DNA of 58,270 nucleotides, the filler included, from Catajapyx aquilonaris (Eukaryota), in the NCBI GenBank assembly GCA_000934665.2. It is 4 parts of 4 records of this genome, joined end to end, with 100 filler letters (N's around TTAATTAATTAA, not from the genome) between each part and the next. Parts side by side here need not be neighbours in the genome. Positions count along the whole stretch, not along the records: positions 43,667 to 58,270 come from JYFJ02007775.1; 3 more parts are not named here. One strand, written 5' to 3'. Positions 51,512 through 58,270 of the stretch are shown piece after piece (the stretch's first letter is position 1; each line of letters starts with the position of its first letter). A program made the position numbers and the translations under genes. The notes below the pieces were generated by a model. That model was not told where the DNA came from and did no database searches. It worked only from the letters and a program-made list of their open reading frames with translations.

Positions 51512-54500
51512 TAGCCCAGGCATTTTAGTCAGATATGTGACCAAACCCGGTAAAAAATAATGTAAATCTGAAAATTGGAGGAAATGTTCTGTTAAGTGTG
51601 CTGAACAACATAACCAAAAGTCCTAAGGGCTCCTATGCTGGCGTCATGTTTTTTTTTCGGTGCAAGAAGTACATAAGTGACACTTGCCGTGGAATTGGCT
51701 ATAAAAGCAAAACTACTCCTCCGATTTTGTTTGGATTTCTCTTAAAGTGTGCAGGACTGGATGCCAAGTGATCTTGCGAGGTCAACGTGCCACCTTCAGG
51801 TCAAGGGGGCCATGAAAATGACCGCCCAATTTGAATGTTTCGCCTCGCATTTCAGAAACATCAAAATAATACGTCCTGTGCAACTGACTCGACAAAATGT
51901 GTAGGGCCTAAAATGCTTCCCCGTACTTTCCCCTTTCCAGCGATATCTCTGGCATGTTTGTGCAATCATCTGTTTCACAACTGTAACACATTATGATTGC
52001 GCTCGTGCAGCCGTCATCGCTCCATCCGAGTCGCGCTGAATTCGTGTCTCCTTCTGATGGTTAGAAGCAAAATTAGAAACAAGTTGCTAACATGCCTTTT
52101 TAGACTAATTCCACCACGCTGATTTGGAAAATCGCTGTTAGCACTCTGGATTTTGGGTCCTTAAAAATGCCCCAAAAACATGAATGGCATCCAAGATTAC
52201 GCCATTTCCCAAAATTACAACGTTTTGGCATGTTTTACCCTAAATGTCGCAAGCAAGGTATGGTTTTAGGAGTTTTCTGGGTCGCCTAGATCAGCCATGG
52301 GTGACCCAAGGCCCTATGACGTCATCAGAATAAGAAAATTTGAAATTGCGGGTACTTTTACGAATTTGAAAGGGCTTGTTTGTAACACACACATAAGGCT
52401 GTCACAGAATACATTGTGACTAGCAATATTTTATTTCATGATGACAAATGCATATAATCAAAGGATTGTAACCATCAGACAAGTCCAGTAATATTACTTC
52501 TTAGTGCGCCAAGCATCGTGCACCTGTGTATCTTTTCTACCTGTGTAGGCCTACCTGTATACAAGGTGCGGAAACTTAGCGTGCCTTCTCTGGGGAATTC
52601 TAGAGGGGTTCTAGGCGATCATTTTAAGTGAAGGTAATCGTGGGTCTCCTAAGTATAGTTATCCTACTGAGGTAATTAGCAAAAAATAAAAAGTGAATTT
52701 TAGCTTATCGTCTATGCCTCCGATACAGATTACGACACTTACATCGCCTAGGCCATTGCCTGCTACTCCTAATGGAATCGCAATTTAAAATTAAATTGCA
52801 TTGTAATACCTCATAATACCTGCCGGGATATTTTATACCTTGCATTTGAAACCAATTGTGTCAGCAACTACGCTGTGGAAATAAGATGTACTGTGACGCG
52901 GCCCCAGTGTGCGACATGCAGCAGTCATGTTACACTCACTACACAGTGCAAGACAGTACTGATGCGTAATAAAAAGTAAATACTGTACGTAAGTGCTACC
53001 CAAGGATACCAGAGACATGTAAGCTACACGGTTCCTTTTTTGGTGACTATTGATTCAATGCGTGTATTAGCGTGAGATTTTAGATAAGTTATGCTCTCCG
53101 TCACTGACGTATACGGACAGAATGGAAGAGTCATTACAGACAACGTTGGAGGAGACAGACTTCTCGAAATGTTAACTTTGTGCCAAGGATGTTGGAGGGG
53201 TGCCGTAGTCTGAGTGCAAGGCACAAGGTCTCTAGCGACTTCGGGAGGTGACAAAAAGGACGAGTGAATTATTTTGCACACAATTTCCCTTAACGGTAGC
53301 CCCCGACTTATCAACGTATTTGCTAGAGAAAGCAATAGCATACCCTTCATTGTGTACCATTGCAGCTGATATGTATACACCAAGATGAAAATATTGGAAG
53401 GGAAAGTAGCCGCAGAGGATATAGAGATGAATAAGATCTCACCCATTATTGTGGGAGGCCACACAAGGAAGGGCACACTTCCCTCATCTGTAAGATCTCG
53501 TGAAGCAAATATGGCGACAAATATTAGTGATATTATGATGTTAGTGATGACCTTTCAGGTAACAAAATTGAGTAGGTCATTGTCAAAACTAGGATCTTCG
53601 AAAATTTCAAAAAATTAGTTACCAGCTGCATTGGATAGTCCTTGCTAAATCCCTTCGTTCTACAGACATTCAATTTTAAATATTGGCCAATTTACAATGA
53701 AAAATTGCTGAAATTGTATGGATGTACTATATCGCCCAAAAAGATAGAGACGATTTTGCATTTGACTCAAGTGCAACTTGCACTTGAATCAAATGCCAAT
53801 CGTCTCTATCTTTTTGAGCAATATAGTACATGTACTTGCATAATCAGGCTAGCTTAGAGATTATGGTTGCATCAAAACCAAGTTACCTGAGAAAATAGGA
53901 GCCATCCAGACTAATACTGCCCATCCATTATGCACGAAAACATGTTGGGGAGCACATTCAATTCACCCACATTCTACTCACAACCGATACCCAGAGTTTC
54001 TGAATCAGTCTTTAGTAACTTATGAGAACCAGTTGATTGAAGGATAAATAGGCCAATATCTAAAATTGAACATTTGTGGAATAGCCCTCGTATTCCGTGA
54101 CAGCCTTATGTGTGTGTTACACACAAGCCCTTTCAAATCCGTAAAAGTACCTGAAATTTCAAATTTTCTTCTTCTGATGACGTCGTAGGGCCTTGGGTCA
54201 CCCATGGCTGATCTTAGCGACCCAGAAAACCCCTAAAACCATACATCGCTTGAGATATTTAGGGTAAAACACGCAAAAATGTTGTAATTTTGGGACATGG
54301 CGTAATCTTGGACACCATCTTGTTTTTGGGGCACAAGGACCCAAAGTCCAGAGTGCTCAGAGCGATTTTCTAAATCAGCGTGGTCGAATTAGTCTAAAAA
54401 GGCTTGTTAGCAACTTGTTTCTATTTTTGCTTCTAACCATCAGAAGGAGACACGAATTGAGCGAGGCTCGGATGGAGCGATGACGGCTGCACGAGCGCTA

Positions 54501-54973
54501 TCATAATGTGTTCCAGTTGTGAATCAGATGATTGCACAATCATGCCAGAGATATCACTGGAAAGGGGAAAGTACGGGGAAGCGTTTTAGGCACTATACAT
54601 TTTGTCGAGTCAGTTGCGCAGGATGTATTGTTTTGATGTTTCTGAAATGCTAGGCGAAACATTCAAACTGGGCGGTCATTTTCATGGCCCCCTTGACCTG
54701 AAGGTGGCACGTTGACCTCGCAAGATCACTTGGCATCCAGTCCTGCACACTTTAAGAGAAATCCAAACAAAATCGGAGGAGTAGTTTTGCTTTTATAGCC
54801 AATTCCACGGCAAGTGTCACTTATGTACTTCTTGCACCGAAAAAAAAAACATGACGCCGGCATAGGAGCCCTTAGGACTTTTGGTTATGTTGTTCAGCAC
54901 ACTTAACAGAACATTTCCTCCAATTTTCATTTACATTATTTTTACCGGGTCAAATCCTAAAATGCCTGGGCTA
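51512..54973. mobile_element. Large foldback transposon with about 900-bp arms and TAG...CTA ends (Academ-like)
   Basis: 51512-52410 is the reverse complement of about 54095-54973; the interior has a decayed plus-strand frame with IVYHCS*YVYT near 53350. Confidence 0.75.
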
Positions 54974-54991
54974 TGAAGTTCGCCTAGCACG

Positions 54992-56579
54992 AAAATCACC
55001 GTCAAGTCGACATTACAAATACGAATTACTTGAGAAAGAATAATGTTTTAATTGCACAACTTATATGCGAATGAGCCACATGGAAGATCAATGTTGGGGT
55101 GAGATATCAATGCATTTGTCAGTGGAACGAAAAGAATAGGACAGTATTATATGTAGCGCACCGGGGGCAATGGAGTTCGTCCAGAGCGCTAAACTCGCCA
55201 CAATGTTCGCCCACTGCTAAATACAGATTGATGTGGTTGTGTCAGATGAAAAAGAAAGTGCAGATCTCTTGCACTGCTCCACAATGCCATTACTCATTGC
55301 ACTCTGTGTCTGAAAATAACAGTCTTGGATCATGGGAGGTAAGCTCATTCCTCCCGAGGTACGCAAGGCGATACGGAAGAGCTCTGAAGAATAAGGAAAG
55401 TCTGGGGTTGCACAAGAAGGGCATGGGCCATGCTCCATGGTAAGGGGCATCACATGAAGTAACAAAACTACAAGAATCATTCAGAAAAACCATATTATGG
55501 ATGTCACCGGGCAACAGCAGCAAGGAAGAACCGAGAGCTGAGAAAAACGTGTTGCAAAATTGGCGAAAGGAGCATCCCAAATGGTCAGAGGTGACCCAAA
55601 AGGTGGTCCTCACAACAACCTGTCGACTCAGCATCGATGACATGAAGATGAACTTTTATGCGTAACTTCTCAAAGACTACGGGCAATATTATTCATGAAA
55701 TCAGAACCTGCCCTGTTGACAATAGGCCAAGAAGAAACTACTCTGATGGCACTGCAACAATAAAAAGACTTGCTTCGGAGAAGGAATGGAACCATTGGGC
55801 ACATCAGATGTGGAATTAGTCATGTTTCGCGACGAATTAGTCAGTACGGGGGCATCTATAATCGAGTACTGCAAACAAAGGAAGAGGCATACAATCCCAA
55901 TGTCTCACCAGAACCGTCAAACGTGCACACAGCATTGTGGTGTGGGGATCCATGGTTAGTGTCGGCCGTGGCAACCTTCACGGCATCAATGGCACCATCG
56001 ATACAGGCATGTTTCAGGAGATTTTGAGAGACCATCTGCTGTGTGTGCCCGCAATAGCAACCTTACATCCGGATGTCAACGTAATTTTTCAACAGGACTG
56101 GTGGACCATGCCAAAACAGCGGAAGCAAGTGGCTGGCAGACAAGGGGATTGACAATCTACATGGCTATCTAGCAGCCTGGACCTCAATCCGATTGGGACA
56201 GCCTGGAAAATCCTGAAGAAGGTACTTCGGAGGAAACACCCTTACACCAAGGCATCCCTGAGGACCAAACGACGGGAGGTTTGGGACAGTATCACTCCAG
56301 CCGAGTGCCCGAGCTCATTCAACACAATTTCGTGTTGTGTGGAGGCCGTCATTGCTGCCCATGGCGATGTCACCTGCTTCTAGGCTCTTGGACAAACTCC
56401 ATTGCACCCAGTGCGCTAAATAAATACTATCCTATTCTTCTTGTTCCACTGACAAATGCATTGATTTCTTGCCCCAACATTGCTCTTCCATGTGGCTCAT
56501 TAGCGTATAAGTTGTGCAATTAAAACATGATTCGTTCTTAAGTAATTCGTATTTGTAATGTCGACATGCAGGTGATTTT
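54992..56579 (+). mobile_element. Decayed Tc1 element with transposase pseudogene
   Basis: Inverted ends GTCGACATTACAAATACGAATTACTT/AAGTAATTCGTATTTGTAATGTCGAC; remnants VWGSM...G.GNL, IFQQD, SLDLNPI..AW at about 55900-56220. Confidence 0.8.
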
Positions 56580-58270
56580 ACCAATCATGACTTGTGTAAA
56601 GCAAGTGTTGTGCTTGTTTACATGAATCATGATTGGTCCGTGGCGTCAACATGACCAAAGACCAAAACCGTCGACGGCCTGCCTGTGTGAATGGGCCTTA
56701 AGTGCCACTTTTTGCTGAGATGTTCCCTATTAAATTCCCCTGTAAAATAACCCGTGGGTATTGATTTTATTTGTGGACGTTGTCGGAACAATTGAAATCT
56801 CCTCTCGATGACGGGGGCACTGTCACTCTCCTCCCACCTATAGTTTGGCCGCAATTAATTCCCAAATGTCACTCTGCATGTCTGGACCCCTGTACAGCAG
56901 GCTGAGCCCTGTCTCGTCGCGCTTCTCTCCCAGCTATTTGCGTAGGACCAGCTCTGCTATCTCATCTGCCTCAGCCTGGGGCCTGCCCCACCGGCCCACC
57001 CTGGCCATATGTGTATCCCTCCCCCTTCCCTGGCCACATAGCGTGTCCTCAACCTTGTCTACTGCTCTCCCTGCCTCTTGCCAAGCTCATGCCCTGTCTG
57101 CTGCCTGCTCGAGTACCCCCCCCTGTTGTCCATCTTGGATTCGACTTCAGCGCCTCTACAGGCCACGGGTCTCGCGAATAGGAAATCTTTCTTGGCACTT
57201 TCACAACCAGGCTATCATAATATATTTTCAATTGATCATGGTGATTTTGTTAATACAGGGTTAGGAAATTTAATCTACCTTCGCTTTGGGGGCTGGTAGA
57301 TGGGTTCTATGCCATCATTTTAAGTATAGGTATCGTGCATCTCCGAAGCATAGTTACCGAGATAATGTGGTTCAAACACACGATATAAAATATCCTGGCA
57401 GGTATGCGTCCCTCTATGTGACCTTACGTTTATTATTTAAAAAGGTGTTATCATGCAATTTAAATTTAAAACGCAATCTCATTAGGCATAGCAGACAGTG
57501 GCCTAGATAGGCTGTATCCGAAACATAGCAGCCAGTAAAATGCACTTTTTATTTAATGCTAATTATCTCGGTAACTATGCTTCGGAGACCCACGATACCG
57601 CTACTTAAAATGATTGCCTAGAACCCTCCTACCATCCCCCAAAGAGAAGGTAGATTAAATTTCCAAACCCTGTATATCATGATTTCCATCCTCTGGATAT
57701 GTGATAGGAGACAAGGCAGAGCATAATTATAATGAACATGTTAATTTTTCCCTGGGCCGTAAAAAAATCAGAAATTCGTGTTTCCTGGTGTTATGAAATA
57801 CTCGTAGGTGGCCTGGTTTTGATAATGGCCAACTGACTTATTGCAGTATGATTTACTGTGATCTGTCCTTACGAATGGTCTCCCAAGGCTCCCCATATGG
57901 ATATTTGATAATTATCCCTCCGCTTTCAATCACCTCTGCGTATGTTGACCAGTGGGTCATTCCATGTCAGTACATCCAGCCATGTCACCCACCATCTCAG
58001 ATTTTCTTGAAATTTTAACTGGGCAAACTGTGTACTGAGAAACTAATATCCTGAAAATTTTAGCCTCCTACCTCTTATAGTTCTTGAGCTGTAGCCAGGG
58101 AAATGAGGGTGAAAATGGCTACGGCAGAGTTGTGAAGGCACGACTTGTTTTTCAAAATATTTTATATGATTTTATCCTACTATTGGCCAAATCCTGATGA
58201 TAAGTGCTGGGTTCCAGTGCAACATGTGCTATGTGTGGTAGGAATGCCTACTACTGCAACTGGAAGGCAA

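Overview
Eukaryotic, arthropod-like genomic DNA (GT-AG introns, many about 60 nt; TE-rich). It consists of four segments of about 14.4-14.6 kb joined by identical 100-nt spacers (44 N + TTAATTAATTAA + 44 N), so adjacency across spacers is probably artificial. Segment 1 (1-14482) shows no recognisable host gene, only MITEs, foldback elements, tRNA-derived SINEs and transposase remnants. Segment 2 holds a complete class B scavenger receptor (CD36/SR-B family) gene, a foldback element and a gap-truncated hAT transposase. Segment 3 holds capping protein beta, eIF5A, tRNA-Ala(AGC) and a VAT-1-like oxidoreductase. Segment 4 holds internal exons of PA2G4/EBP1 with deeply nested DNA transposons. Best leads: (1) the SR-B gene has two homologous but very divergent phase-0 exons for the apical ligand-contact region, flanked by complementary intronic elements that fit a docking-site/selector mutually exclusive splicing switch; (2) each of the four eIF5A introns carries a related box H/ACA snoRNA-like unit with the same 5' guide pocket, and one intron also holds a larger unexplained structured RNA; (3) a precise end-to-end GTG|CAC transposon-end junction resembling a signal joint; (4) modular SINEs sharing a central domain and a covarying 3' stem-loop. 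All calls were made by eye and no database searches were run.
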